Assembly (NCBI GenBank): GCA_013695765.1
Contig: JACCZW010000097.1
Span: 402-64,401 of the forward strand
Direction: 5' to 3'
Length of the DNA: 64,000 bases
Origin: Gammaproteobacteria bacterium
Lineage (GTDB): Bacteria; Pseudomonadota; Gammaproteobacteria; JACCYU01
The position numbers and the translations under genes were made by a program. Numbering within the stretch: the first letter of the stretch is position 1; every line of letters starts with the position of its first letter. The notes below the pieces were generated by a model. The model saw only the letters and a program-made list of their open reading frames with translations. It was not told the origin of the DNA and did no database searches. Shown piece by piece: positions 1 to 9,780 of this stretch.

Positions 1-1943
1 TGGATGGTGCCGGGCGGTTGCGCAGCGATGGCGCGTCCGGTGGGCGCGCCGCCGCGACCTACCGAACCGCCCCGACCGTGGAAGAACGAGATGGGCAGCC
101 CGCGCTCCTCGCCGACCCGTTTCAGGCGTGACTGCGCCTTGCTGACTTCCCAGTTGGAACACAGAAAGCCGCCATCCTTGTTGGAATCGGAATAGCCGAC
201 CATGACTTCCTGCACGCCGCCCAGCTCGCGCAACAGGGTGCGACGTACCACAGGCACGCCCAGCAAGTCACGGAGAATGGCCGGACCGTTGCGCAGGTCA
301 TCGATGGTTTCGAGCAACGGTATTACCATGATCTGACAGCTTTCGATGCCTTCCGCGTCTGTGAAGAGGCCCGCGTATTTGGCCAACAGATAAACACCCA
401 GAACGTCCGCGGTGGTGCGCGTCATGCTGAGCACAAAACCGTTGAAGGTATCGCGATCCACTTCGTCACGCATCTCGCGAACCATGCGCAACATGCCGAG
501 CGTAGATTCGGACGACTCGGGAAGGCCGAAACTCGGCATCGAATCCAGCGGCCGCACCAGTTCGGTGAGCAGCCATTGTTTCCATTGCTCGGAATCGGTC
601 TTCGGAGGTTCCTTGTCGCCGGTGATCTGCTTCCAGATGTCGCCCAGCGCTTCGTTCGTCTTGGCGGTATTTTCGCGCAGGTCCAGGCTGAAAGTACGGA
701 ATCGGAACGCCTCAACCTGGCGTCGCAGCGGCTTGACGATGTTGCGTGCGATGCCCTCGCTATGCGCGCCAATCAAGCCGCTCTCCAAGGTGCGAAAGTC
801 CTCGATCAACTCGTCAGCGGTGCCGTAACGGTGCTGCGGCGCTACGTGATTGGCGCCGTGCTCATCGGCGCTGGCGGTGCCTTCCAGCTTGCGCAGCATG
901 CAGGTGGTGAACTGACGGAACACCTCGCCGGGGTTGCGCGCAGTGAGCTGTTCGCTCACGCCGCTGACCGCCAGATGCTCGCTGAGCGCGGTCAAGAACT
1001 CTTCGGGTACCTCCAGTGCGTGCGCGGCCAGACTCAGGCGCGGAACCATGCGCTGCAAATCCTTGAGATAACGTCTGATGCAGGCGTGCCGGTACAGCCG
1101 CAGGATGTCGCGCGTGGTGTCGTTGGTGACGAACGGATTGCCATCGCGGTCGCCGCCTATCCAGGAGCCGAACTGAAATATCGGCGGCAGGGTGAAGTGG
1201 TGGTCCGGGAAAGTCTCCGCCAGCACCTCTTCCATGCGGCGCTCGATGCTGGCGATGCCCACGAACAGCGCGTCGTTGAAAAAATGCAGCCCCCATTCCG
1301 CTTCCTGTTGCACGGTGGGTTTTTCCAGCCGAATTTCGCCGGTCAGCCATAACAGATCGATCTCGGTGCGCAGATCGTCGATCAGCGCCTTGCGTTCGCG
1401 CGGGGTCCAGCGTGTCAGTTCAATTTCGCGCAGCAGTAGAAATATGCGCCGGTGGATCTCCAGCACCGTAATGCGTTTGGCTTCGGTGGGGTGCGCCGTG
1501 ATGACCGGACGTATGCGTGCCGATGCCAGCATGGTCTGGATCTGGTCGGCGGTCATGCCGGCTTTAGCGGCTTGCGTGAACACATTGGCGAACGTGCCGG
1601 GCACATGCTCGGGGCCGCGCTCGGTTTCGGTGTGACGCAAACTGCGCATGACCAGATTCTGCTCGGCGATCGACAGCAGCCTGAACCAGACGCCGTGCGC
1701 CTGAAGGGTGCGCAGCAGCAGATTGCGATCACCTTCAGGGATCGACTGCTTTCCCTTTAGCACCGGATCAATCTCCGGGTTGCGGACGCTGATCACGTCG
1801 TGAAACAGCGCCTCCAGCAGCTGGATGATCTGTTCGGTGTAATCTGCGTCGCCCGTACCCAAGGGCGCGCCTGTCATCTGGTTCGGATCTGAGGGCGCTG
1901 CATTGCCGGAGGTTGCTTGGCTGGACTGGCTAGGATTGGCCAT
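1..1943 (-). CDS. ppc: phosphoenolpyruvate carboxylase, N-terminal ~645 codons (C-terminus lies beyond window start)
   Basis: Reverse-strand translation from ATG (complement of 1941-1943) runs without stops to position 1. It contains the PEPC hallmarks VITAHPTEAKR, VMVGYSDSNKDGG and FHGRGGSVGRGGAP. Absent from the ORF track because its stop codon is outside the window. Confidence 0.9.
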   Translation of the reverse strand, partial: MANPSQSSQATSGNAAPSDPNQMTGAPLGTGDADYTEQIIQLLEALFHDVISVRNPEIDPVLKGKQSIPEGDRNLLLRTLQAHGVWFRLLSIAEQNLVMRSLRHTETERGPEHVPGTFANVFTQAAKAGMTADQIQTMLASARIRPVITAHPTEAKRITVLEIHRRIFLLLREIELTRWTPRERKALIDDLRTEIDLLWLTGEIRLEKPTVQQEAEWGLHFFNDALFVGIASIERRMEEVLAETFPDHHFTLPPIFQFGSWIGGDRDGNPFVTNDTTRDILRLYRHACIRRYLKDLQRMVPRLSLAAHALEVPEEFLTALSEHLAVSGVSEQLTARNPGEVFRQFTTCMLRKLEGTASADEHGANHVAPQHRYGTADELIEDFRTLESGLIGAHSEGIARNIVKPLRRQVEAFRFRTFSLDLRENTAKTNEALGDIWKQITGDKEPPKTDSEQWKQWLLTELVRPLDSMPSFGLPESSESTLGMLRMVREMRDEVDRDTFNGFVLSMTRTTADVLGVYLLAKYAGLFTDAEGIESCQIMVIPLLETIDDLRNGPAILRDLLGVPVVRRTLLRELGGVQEVMVGYSDSNKDGGFLCSNWEVSKAQSRLKRVGEERGLPISFFHGRGGSVGRGGAPTGRAIAAQPPGTI

Positions 1944-2169
1944 ATGTTGTGCGCTTAGTGAGGGTCATAAAACCAAATGCCGTTGCAGAAATTTCAGGTG
2001 CATGAAATGGGTAGGTCGGTCGATACGCCCGCAAAGCTTGCGTGTGCTTGTCGAACGGTGTGGCGGCTTATCCACCCTTTATGGCCACATTGCCTGATCA
2101 CCGAATCATTGTGCTGAGGCACTTAAGCTTGAAATTCCACTGGCGTGATGCGCCGGTGACGACGTATAA

Positions 2170-3141
2170 CTAGGCAACGCGATCCGGCGGTTCCCTATCC
2201 GCGAAGAAAGCTTCCAGGTTGCTCAGTACGCGCTCGCCCATGGCGACGCGGGTTTCGGTTGTGGCGCTGCCCAGGTGGGGCAGGGCGACTACGTTTTCCA
2301 TCTTCAGCAGTGCCGCACTGACTTTCGGCTCCTGCTCGAATACATCCAGCCCGGCGCCCGCGATAGTGCCGGACTGCAAGGCTTCGATGAGGGCTTTTTC
2401 GTCTACGACATCCCCGCGTGCGCTGTTGATCAGAAACGCGTGATCCTGCATGAGCTTAAAGCGCTCAGCGTTGAGCAGGTGTTGCGTCGCAGCACCTCCC
2501 GGACAATGAATGGATACGAAGTCCGCCGCGCCAAGCACGTCTTCGACGCTGTCACGGCTCTCTGCGTCCAGCCCTTCAAGGGCTCCCGGTTTAGGCGGAT
2601 AGGGATCGTGGAAAATTATCTTCATGCCAAAGCCGTGGTGCGCGCGCCTGGCCACCGCCTGCGCGATACGACCCATGCCGATCAGCCCCAGCGTTTTGCC
2701 GGTCACCTGAGCGCCCATCATGTGCGTTGGGCGCCAGCCGGTCCAGTGTCCGCCGCGCACGTGCCGCTCGCCTTCGCCGGCGCGGCGCGCGGTCATCAGC
2801 AATAAGGTCATCGCCAGATCCGCGGTCGCGTCGGTCAGTACTTCCGGCGTGTTGGTGACGACCAGTCCGTGTTCCTTGGCCGCGTCGACATCAATGTTGT
2901 TGAAGCCGACGCCGAAGTTGCCGATCATTTTCGCGCGGCGGTTATCCGTGCCCAGCACTTCTGCCGTCATCTTGTCAGTGACGGTAGGACACACCGCGTC
3001 GGCGTTGCGCATGGCGTCCGCGAGCTGATCGGCGGTTAACGCCTCGTCGCTCTCGTTCAAGGTGACGTCGAATTGGCTTTTAAGTTTTTTCTCCACCGCT
3101 TGCGGCCATTTGCGCGTTACGATGACTTTGGGTTTTGCCAT
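2170..3141 (-). CDS. D-isomer-specific 2-hydroxyacid dehydrogenase, probable hydroxypyruvate/glycerate reductase of the serine cycle (hprA-like)
   Basis: 323 aa with NAD-binding GxGxxG (GLIGMGRIAQ) and conserved catalytic Arg/Glu/His region (SARGDVVDEKAL...LDVFEQEP). Family assignment is solid. The specific function is inferred from the adjacent mtkAB/mcl/sga genes. Confidence 0.7.
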   Translation of the reverse strand: MAKPKVIVTRKWPQAVEKKLKSQFDVTLNESDEALTADQLADAMRNADAVCPTVTDKMTAEVLGTDNRRAKMIGNFGVGFNNIDVDAAKEHGLVVTNTPEVLTDATADLAMTLLLMTARRAGEGERHVRGGHWTGWRPTHMMGAQVTGKTLGLIGMGRIAQAVARRAHHGFGMKIIFHDPYPPKPGALEGLDAESRDSVEDVLGAADFVSIHCPGGAATQHLLNAERFKLMQDHAFLINSARGDVVDEKALIEALQSGTIAGAGLDVFEQEPKVSAALLKMENVVALPHLGSATTETRVAMGERVLSNLEAFFADREPPDRVA

Positions 3142-3275
3142 GTTTTTGCTTCCTGTGTGTCATCCGGCCTGGTCACGTCAGAGATGACGTGACCAGGCTT
3201 GGACCTGGAAATCAGCGGGAACAGCTCGCGGCAGAAGGCGCTTCTACATTAAGCCACCCCTATTATGACAACCTA

Positions 3276-4166
3276 TTAGGACACCTTTGACAGCACTTCT
3301 TTCGCGGTAGCGCCGAACTCCGCGGGGCTGGGGACGACTACGATGCCGGCCTCCTTCATAATCTCCACTTTTTCGGCCGCGCTTTCGCCGCTGGACGAAA
3401 TGACCGCGCCAGCGTGGCCCATGCGCCTTCCCTTGGGCGCCGTCAGGCCCGCGACGTAACCCATCACCGGCTTGCTCATGTTCTCCTTAAAGAATTTGGC
3501 CGCGTCGCCCTCCTGCGGCCCGCCGATCTCGCCGATCATCAACACGGCCTTGGTTTCCGGGTCCTCTTCGAACAGCTCGAACACGTCCTGGAAGGAGCAG
3601 CCGTTGATGGGATCGCCGCCAATGCCTACCGCGGTCGATATGCCAATGCCCATCGCCCTCATTTGCTCAGCGGCCTCGTAGCCCAAGGTGCCGGAGCGAC
3701 CGACCACACCGACGTTGCCTTCGATGTAGATATGGCCCGGCATGATGCCCAGCATGGCCTTGCCGGGGCTGATGGTGCCGGCGCAGTTAGGCCCGGTCAG
3801 TATCATGCGATCCTCGTAACGGTAGCGGTACATATAGCGCTTAACCCGGATCATGTCCTGCGTCGGAATACCGTCGGTGATGGCTACGCAGTATTTGATG
3901 CCGCCATCGGCCGCTTCCATGACGGAATCGGCCGCAAATGGCGCCGGTACGAACAGGATGCTCGCCTGCGCGCCGGTTTCTTTCACCGCTTCCTTGACCG
4001 TGTTGAACACGGGCCGGTCCAGATGTTTGGTGCCGCCTTTACCTGGTGTCACGCCGCCCACCACGTTGGTACCGTAATCAATCATCTCCTGGGCGTGGAA
4101 AGTACCGATCTTGCCGGTAAAGCCCTGGATGATGACCGGCGTTTTTTCGTCAATAAGAATTGCCAT
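3276..4166 (-). CDS. mtkB: malate--CoA ligase (malate thiokinase) small subunit, SucD-type CoA-binding subunit
   Basis: 296 aa SucD-like protein (IIQGFTGKIGTFHAQ, GHAGAVISSSGESAAEK phosphohistidine region). Called Mtk rather than Suc because it sits between mtkA-like and hprA-like genes next to malyl-CoA lyase, and resembles Methylobacterium MtkB from memory. Confidence 0.7.
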   Translation of the reverse strand: MAILIDEKTPVIIQGFTGKIGTFHAQEMIDYGTNVVGGVTPGKGGTKHLDRPVFNTVKEAVKETGAQASILFVPAPFAADSVMEAADGGIKYCVAITDGIPTQDMIRVKRYMYRYRYEDRMILTGPNCAGTISPGKAMLGIMPGHIYIEGNVGVVGRSGTLGYEAAEQMRAMGIGISTAVGIGGDPINGCSFQDVFELFEEDPETKAVLMIGEIGGPQEGDAAKFFKENMSKPVMGYVAGLTAPKGRRMGHAGAVISSSGESAAEKVEIMKEAGIVVVPSPAEFGATAKEVLSKVS

Positions 4167-4187
4167 ATTTGTATCTCCGCGCCGGTT

Positions 4188-5372
4188 CTAAGCCTTGCTC
4201 TTTTCCACGGCTTCATTACGGGCCTTGACCGCCTTGTCGGCGGCCTCGGCCAGCGTTTCGGCCATAATAAAAGGGAACTCGCTTTTTTTGAGGATCTCTC
4301 GGCCTTTTTCGACGTTGGTGCCCGCCAGCCGCACGATCAGAGGGATTTTCATGTCAATCTTCTGCACCGCCTGCACCACGCCTTCGGCAATCCAGTCGCA
4401 GCGGTTGATGCCGGCGAAGATGTTGACCAGGAAAACCTTGACCTTTTCGTCCGAGAGCACCAGCCGAAAGGCCTTTGCAACCCGATCCGGCGAGGCGCCA
4501 CCGCCGATGTCCAGAAAGTTTGCTGGACTGCCGCCCGCCTGCATGATCATGTCCATGGTCGCCATCGATAAACCCGCGCCGTTGATCATGCAGCCGATAT
4601 CACCGTCCAGGCCGACATAGCTTAGGCCGCGATCGGCGGCGTTGGTCTCGCGCGGGTCCTCCTGCGACTTGTCGCGCAGCTCCGAAATGTTGGCGCGGCG
4701 GAACAGGGCGTTGTCGTCGAACTGCATCTTGGCGTCCAGCGCCAGCAGGCGGTTATCTTTGGTAACGACCAGTGGATTGATCTCGATCAGGGTGGCGTCG
4801 AGATCGCGCAGCGCCCGATAAGCGCCGGTGAAAGCCGCGCTGGCCTGACGGATCAGCGATGCGGGCAAATCCAGTCCGAATGCCAGTTCACGCGCCTGAA
4901 AGTCGCGCAGACCCACCGCCGGTTCCACCGCGATGCGCATGATGGCCTCGGGTTTGTCTTTGGCGAGATCCTCGATCTCCATCCCGCCCTCGGCGCTCGC
5001 CACTACCACGATGCGTTCGCGGGCGCGATCCATCACCAGGGCGAAATAGATTTCACGGTCTATGTCGGTGCCGGCCTCCACGTAGAGGCGATAAACAACC
5101 TTGCCTTGCGGGCCGGTCTGCTTGGTTACCAAGCGTTTGCCCAGCAGTTCATCCGCGGCGTCCCAGATCTCGCGGTCGTTGGAGCAGACCTTGATGCCGC
5201 CGGCCTTGCCGCGCGCGCCCGAATGGATCTGCGCCTTGACGACCCATTTTTCACCGCCAATTTCCTTGGCGCGGTAGACCGCCTGTTCAGGGCTGTACGC
5301 CAGCCCGCCCGCGGCGATCGGCACGCCGAAGCCCGAGAGAAGTTCTTTTGCTTGATATTCGTGGATATCCAC
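4188..5372 (-). CDS. mtkA: malate--CoA ligase (malate thiokinase) large subunit, SucC-type ATP-grasp subunit
   Basis: 394 aa with the [30 protein letters not shown]-terminus, close to Methylobacterium MtkA ([12 protein letters not shown]..). Located in the serine-cycle cluster. Confidence 0.75.
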   Translation of the reverse strand: MDIHEYQAKELLSGFGVPIAAGGLAYSPEQAVYRAKEIGGEKWVVKAQIHSGARGKAGGIKVCSNDREIWDAADELLGKRLVTKQTGPQGKVVYRLYVEAGTDIDREIYFALVMDRARERIVVVASAEGGMEIEDLAKDKPEAIMRIAVEPAVGLRDFQARELAFGLDLPASLIRQASAAFTGAYRALRDLDATLIEINPLVVTKDNRLLALDAKMQFDDNALFRRANISELRDKSQEDPRETNAADRGLSYVGLDGDIGCMINGAGLSMATMDMIMQAGGSPANFLDIGGGASPDRVAKAFRLVLSDEKVKVFLVNIFAGINRCDWIAEGVVQAVQKIDMKIPLIVRLAGTNVEKGREILKKSEFPFIMAETLAEAADKAVKARNEAVEKSKA

Positions 5373-5489
5373 GGGTATTGCCTCCAGTTTCCAGTGTCGC
5401 GCTGGCCCGCGACCGCGGGCGTTTTTATCGGTTAAGCGTCGCGACGACCTGACTTGCGAAATCGGTCGCCGCGAACCCTTGCCGTTACA

Positions 5490-6437
5490 TTATTTCGATT
5501 TGTCTTTTATGGCCTTGTCGGTACGCACCACGTTTTCCGCCATGCGCGCCGTCGCGGCATCGATCATCCTGCCATCCAGCTGCGCGGCGCCCTTGCCCTG
5601 ACGTGACGCCTCTTCCAGGGCTTCCAGCATTCGCCTGGCCTGCTTTACTTCGTCGTCCGGCGGGGAGAACACATCGTTTGCGAGATCGATCTGGCTGGGA
5701 TGAATCGCCCATTTGCCTTCAATGCCCAAGGCCGCGGCCCGTTTGGCGGCCAGGACGAAGCCGTCCTTATCGTTGAAGTCGCCGAACGGCCCGTCGATGG
5801 GCCGTAACCCGTACGCGCGACAGGCAACCGTCATGCGGGTCAGGGCCGCGTGCCACTGGTCGCCGGGATAGTCGGGGTTGAGGCCGCCGATATTCACGGT
5901 GCGTGCACGGTTACTGGCGGCGTAATCCGCCACGCCGAAATGCATCGCTTCGAGCCGCTTGCTTGACGTGGCGATGGCCTCGACATTGGCCATGCCCAGC
6001 GCGGTCTCGATCAATACCTCGATGCCGATGCGATGTTCACCGAAGTCCATCGCCTGCTCGATCTGGGTGATCAGGCAGTCAATGAGATAAACGTCGCCCG
6101 GTACGCCGACCTTGGGGATGAGAATGGTGTCCAGATTCTTGCCGGCCTGCTCCAAAATATCCACGACATCGCGGTACATGTAATGCGTATCCAGCCCGTT
6201 GATGCGGATGGACATGGTTTTCTTTCTGCCCCGCCAGTCGATGTCGTTCAGCGCTTCGATGATGTTCTTGCGCGCCTTGGTCTTATCGTCCGGTGCTACG
6301 GCGTCTTCGAGATCGAGAAATATAAAGTCCACTTCGCTCTTGGACGATTTCTCGAACATGTTCGTATTGGTGCCGGGCACGGCGAGTTCGCTGCGTTGCA
6401 GTCGGACCTTGCTGGGTTCGTAACGGGTGTGGCTCAT
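5490..6437 (-). CDS. mcl: L-malyl-CoA/beta-methylmalyl-CoA lyase (HpcH/HpaI-CitE family)
   Basis: 315 aa; near-colinear with Methylobacterium MclA as recalled (RSELAVPG, IFLDLEDAVAPDDK, NGLDTHYMYRDVVDI, GKWAIHPSQIDLAN). Confidence 0.85.
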   Translation of the reverse strand: MSHTRYEPSKVRLQRSELAVPGTNTNMFEKSSKSEVDFIFLDLEDAVAPDDKTKARKNIIEALNDIDWRGRKKTMSIRINGLDTHYMYRDVVDILEQAGKNLDTILIPKVGVPGDVYLIDCLITQIEQAMDFGEHRIGIEVLIETALGMANVEAIATSSKRLEAMHFGVADYAASNRARTVNIGGLNPDYPGDQWHAALTRMTVACRAYGLRPIDGPFGDFNDKDGFVLAAKRAAALGIEGKWAIHPSQIDLANDVFSPPDDEVKQARRMLEALEEASRQGKGAAQLDGRMIDAATARMAENVVRTDKAIKDKSK

Positions 6438-6451
6438 GCGGTCGCCCTCTC

Positions 6452-7696
6452 TTAAGCGGTTTGCTTCATGTCGGAGCCGGATTTCATTGCCCGGGCCTGC
6501 CCGGCAGTGCTTTTCTTGTCCGCCGCCGGCGCGTTCTTGCGGTAGTACTCGATGGCGGCTGCCAAGCCGCTACCGGCTTCGATCTCGATGCCGACATCCA
6601 GCATGGCCATTTCGGTGGCCGCGAGCGCGGCACAGCAACTGACTTCGTTGAGATCGCCCAGATGACCGATGCGAAACAGCTTGCCCGCGACATCGGTGAG
6701 TCCGGCACCCAGCGCCGTGTTGTACTTTCTGTAGGCAATGTCGACGACGTCCGCACCATTGATGCCTTCGGGGACCATAATCGCGCTGACCGTATCGGAG
6801 TACCATTTGGGCTGCCTGGCGCACAGCTTGAGACCCCAGGCCTGGATCGCCTGACGCACGCCTTCGCCAAGGCGATGATGGCGCGCGTAGACGTTCTCGA
6901 GGCCTTCCTCGAACAGCAGGTCCAACGATGCCCGCAGGCCGCGCAACATGGGCAGCGACGGCGTGTAAGGAAAGAGACCGTTCGCGTTGGTTTTGATGTG
7001 ATCTTCGAGATCCAGAAAGCAGCGCGGTAGCTTGGCCGTTTTGCGGGCTTCCAACGCCTTCTGGCTGGCGCACACGATGGCAAGTCCGGCCGGCAACATA
7101 AAGCCTTTCTGCGACCCGGCGATGGCCATGTCCACGCCCCACTCGTCCATGCGAAAATCGATGCTGGCAATGGAGCTGACGCCGTCGACGAACAGCATCG
7201 CCGGGTGTTTGGTGGCGTCCAAGGACTTGCGTACGGCTGCGATCTCGCTGGTCACGCCGGTGGCGGTCTCGTTGTGGACGATCATGACGGCTTTAATCGC
7301 GTGGTTCTTGTCCTCGGCGAGCTTTTTCTCGATGTCGGGCACAGGCGCGCCCTCGCCCCAAGGCACTTTGAGGAAATCGACGTCGAGCTTCAATCGTTCT
7401 GCCATGTTTATCCACAGGTGGCTGAACTGGCCGAAGCGCGCGGACAGGACTTTGTCGCCCGGTGACAAAGTGTTGGTCAGGGCAACCTCCCAGCCAGCTG
7501 TGCCGGTCGCGGGAAAGATAAATGACTGCCCCTTGGTGGTCTTGAACACCTTGTTCAGGTCCGCGAACAGCGGCTTGGTGAGCTCGTGCAGATCGGACGC
7601 GCGATGATCTTCCATCGGCACGTGCATCGCGGAGAGAACCGAGTGCGGAACGTTGGTCGGTCCGGGGACATATAAGTGGTTGTGGCCGTAACGCAT
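6452..7696 (-). CDS. sga: serine--glyoxylate aminotransferase (class V PLP aminotransferase)
   Basis: 414 aa; strongly similar to Methylobacterium SgaA as recalled (GRNHLFVPGPTN.., KAVMVVHNETATGVTS, FRIGHLGDLNE). Confidence 0.85.
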   Translation of the reverse strand: MRYGHNHLYVPGPTNVPHSVLSAMHVPMEDHRASDLHELTKPLFADLNKVFKTTKGQSFIFPATGTAGWEVALTNTLSPGDKVLSARFGQFSHLWINMAERLKLDVDFLKVPWGEGAPVPDIEKKLAEDKNHAIKAVMIVHNETATGVTSEIAAVRKSLDATKHPAMLFVDGVSSIASIDFRMDEWGVDMAIAGSQKGFMLPAGLAIVCASQKALEARKTAKLPRCFLDLEDHIKTNANGLFPYTPSLPMLRGLRASLDLLFEEGLENVYARHHRLGEGVRQAIQAWGLKLCARQPKWYSDTVSAIMVPEGINGADVVDIAYRKYNTALGAGLTDVAGKLFRIGHLGDLNEVSCCAALAATEMAMLDVGIEIEAGSGLAAAIEYYRKNAPAADKKSTAGQARAMKSGSDMKQTA

Positions 7697-7849
7697 GATC
7701 TATTCCTTATCGCTATATATCTGTTAATCAGGTGACCCGTAAGGTCGATGTGTCACAAAAGCATTCGATGGGCATCTGAGGCGGCAAGCGCGGTAGAGCG
7801 AGTACTCCAGATTGTAATTGCCGGCCGGCGACCGGCGCGGTGTGAACCT

Positions 7850-8773
7850 TTAAGCGGCTGGCTGTTTGTCCGGGTGCAGGTAAACCAGACTCTTGCCCAG
7901 CTTGCCGCCATAGTTGCCGGCCGAAATCATGTTCAAGCCCGGCGTGTCTGCCGCAGCCTTGATCGCAGCCTGCGTGGCATCGATGATCGCCTGCAGATCC
8001 TTGCCGTTCATGATGATCTCCATCACCGACTTGACACCGTCCGGCAGACCCGCTTCCACATCCGGATGATCCTGCAAGGTCGGGCAGAATTTGGTGAACG
8101 TGCTGGCGATGGCGAACTTGTACTTGCTGCCGGCGGTCGAGCCCGAGCCGGCGACGCCGCCCGGAAACGGCATGATGACGCCGGGAACATCATGCACGGC
8201 TTGCACCCCGCGCTCGGCCCCTGCTAGCGCCGAATCCACGCTATCGCCAAACAGCCATAGATTGCCGCCCATCAGCCCGTCCGTGTAACCGAGCCTGCGA
8301 TCGATTATGAATTCCCCGCCGAGGATCGGGACTACCCATACCTTGCGGCCGTAACGCTCTTCGCGCGTTTGAAAGCCGTTGCCGAAATACGCGACCTTGC
8401 GACCCATGTGGTAGTAGGTGTCGGAGTCGACCAGATTGAAGCAGGCTGCGGTGGGCGCGGTCAGCACGTTTTGCGTGATGCGCGCAAGCGCGGCTTTTTC
8501 CAGCGCCTCGACCCGGTCTTTGCGAAAGCGCGGCAGGTGCATCTGCACCACGGCACCGGGGCGGCCATCGGGCGTTTGAAAAGACTCATCACCGCCGGGG
8601 CCAACGTAGCGATCGAGACCGGCTTCGCAATCGCACATGATAGTGCTGGAACCGTGCCCGGTCGCCGCGTTGACCGCGTGCTCCAGCCAGGTGCGATCGC
8701 GCGCGGTGATCAGCATTTCGACGTAGATGCTCTTGAATGCCTCGGCATAGGTATCATCGATTCTCGCGGCCAA
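7850..8773 (-). CDS. Ftr-family formyltransferase (formylmethanofuran:H4MPT formyltransferase / FhcD-like)
   Basis: 307 aa. N-terminus IDDTYAEAF..MLITA and central TPDGRPGAVVQ...VLTAPT match Ftr/FhcD family members as recalled from memory. No fhcABC partners are in the window. Confidence 0.65.
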   Translation of the reverse strand: MAARIDDTYAEAFKSIYVEMLITARDRTWLEHAVNAATGHGSSTIMCDCEAGLDRYVGPGGDESFQTPDGRPGAVVQMHLPRFRKDRVEALEKAALARITQNVLTAPTAACFNLVDSDTYYHMGRKVAYFGNGFQTREERYGRKVWVVPILGGEFIIDRRLGYTDGLMGGNLWLFGDSVDSALAGAERGVQAVHDVPGVIMPFPGGVAGSGSTAGSKYKFAIASTFTKFCPTLQDHPDVEAGLPDGVKSVMEIIMNGKDLQAIIDATQAAIKAAADTPGLNMISAGNYGGKLGKSLVYLHPDKQPAA

Positions 8774-8775
8774 AA

Positions 8776-9405
8776 TCAGTCTCTCCCTTTGCCTTCGTAA
8801 ATGTCTTTCTCGGTTATGACCTTGTCCATGAAAATGTCATGGGGACCGACCAGAATTTCAGGGAACATCTGCGACTCGAAACAAAGTGCTATCAGCGGCG
8901 CGTCCGGGCGCGCACTCTCCAGCAGTCGATCGTAATAGCCTTGGCCGTTGCCCATGCGCCCGCCACGACGATCGAAACCGACACCCGGCACCATCACTAG
9001 ATCCAGCGCCTCGGGCTCGACCTCCTTGCCTTTCTCGCCCCAACGATCCTTGGGCGGCTCCAGGATTTTCCATTTGCCGACCACGAGTTCGTCCATGCTC
9101 TCCAGGAGCCACAAACCCAGCTTGTTTTCACCTTCCTCGTCCACTGTGCAATAAGGGACGACAATCTTTTTGTCGCTGTTGACGGCATCGCCGATCACGT
9201 GGCGCGTGCGCACCTCGGAGCGCACGTCCAGATACCACATCACGGTTTGGGCCGCGGCGTACTCGGGCAGGTTTACGAATTTATCGACGATGGTTTTGGA
9301 CAGCTCGTCCTTGTTTTCCTGCTCGTTGCGCGCGTCGTACGCCTCGCGGCGCATCTTTCCCTTGCGCTCCATCAACGCGTCCAGTTCTTGCTGGCTCAGA
9401 CTCAT
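8776..9405 (-). CDS. 5-formyltetrahydrofolate cyclo-ligase family protein (MTHFS/YgfA-like)
   Basis: GRMGNGQGYYDR motif and overall MTHFS-like layout. Start placed at the internal ATG (9405) preceded by GGAG, rather than the ORF-track start at 9492. Confidence 0.75.
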   Translation of the reverse strand: MSLSQQELDALMERKGKMRREAYDARNEQENKDELSKTIVDKFVNLPEYAAAQTVMWYLDVRSEVRTRHVIGDAVNSDKKIVVPYCTVDEEGENKLGLWLLESMDELVVGKWKILEPPKDRWGEKGKEVEPEALDLVMVPGVGFDRRGGRMGNGQGYYDRLLESARPDAPLIALCFESQMFPEILVGPHDIFMDKVITEKDIYEGKGRD

Positions 9406-9527
9406 GTGGCGGACTCCTCGATTAGGATGCGATGTTCCGCTGGTGATTAATGGGAATATAAGCTGGAACATGCAGCAAAATTCAAACCACAATGCAGCAA
9501 ACGAGCCAGTTTCTTTTCTAATGGGGG

Positions 9528-9780
9528 CGTTCGCGGATGTTTAAGCGGACACGATGAAGGTCAAAACCCATCCGTCGGGTGCGGATATCTAACCACAATG
9601 CGAGCATGGAAAGCCGCGGTTGCGGATTATGCCGAGCCGATGCGTTTGATCTCGACACACACGCCGCAAGGCGAGCGCCGGAATCCCGGGATGTTATGTA
9701 GAACCGCACGTGACAGATGTTTCAACCGCGAGACGGTTGCCTGTCGCATATCGACTCCGCGGAGCAGCAACGCTCCAAGG
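9528..9780 (+). ncRNA. ssrS: probable 6S RNA (SsrS)
   Basis: The plus strand reads GCGGAUAUCUAACCACAAUGCGAGCAUGGAAAGCCGCGGUUGCGGAUUAUGCCGAGCCGAUGCG...CUCGACACACACGCC. This resembles E. coli 6S RNA (GCCGAUAUUUCAUACCACAAGAAUGUGG..CCGCGGUUGGUGAGCAUGCUCGG...GCGACGACACAUUCACC) as recalled from memory. A 5' GAUGUUUAAGCGG matches E. coli GAUGUUCGCAAGCGG. A GGAGCagcaacGCTCC hairpin (9761-9776) and a T-run (9808-9814) follow. It sits beside the ygfA-type 5-FCL gene. Ends are approximate. Confidence 0.5.

Noticed and set aside
412-1760. Several long plus- and minus-strand ORFs (412..828, 576..1352, 862..1350, 1192..1635, 1452..1760)
   Set aside because: They overlap the clear minus-strand ppc reading frame, which carries diagnostic PEPC motifs. 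They are typical GC-rich shadow ORFs with Arg/Ala/Pro-rich low-complexity translations.
3414-4571. 385-aa plus-strand ORF
   Set aside because: Antisense to mtkB and mtkA. No recognisable domain and biased composition.
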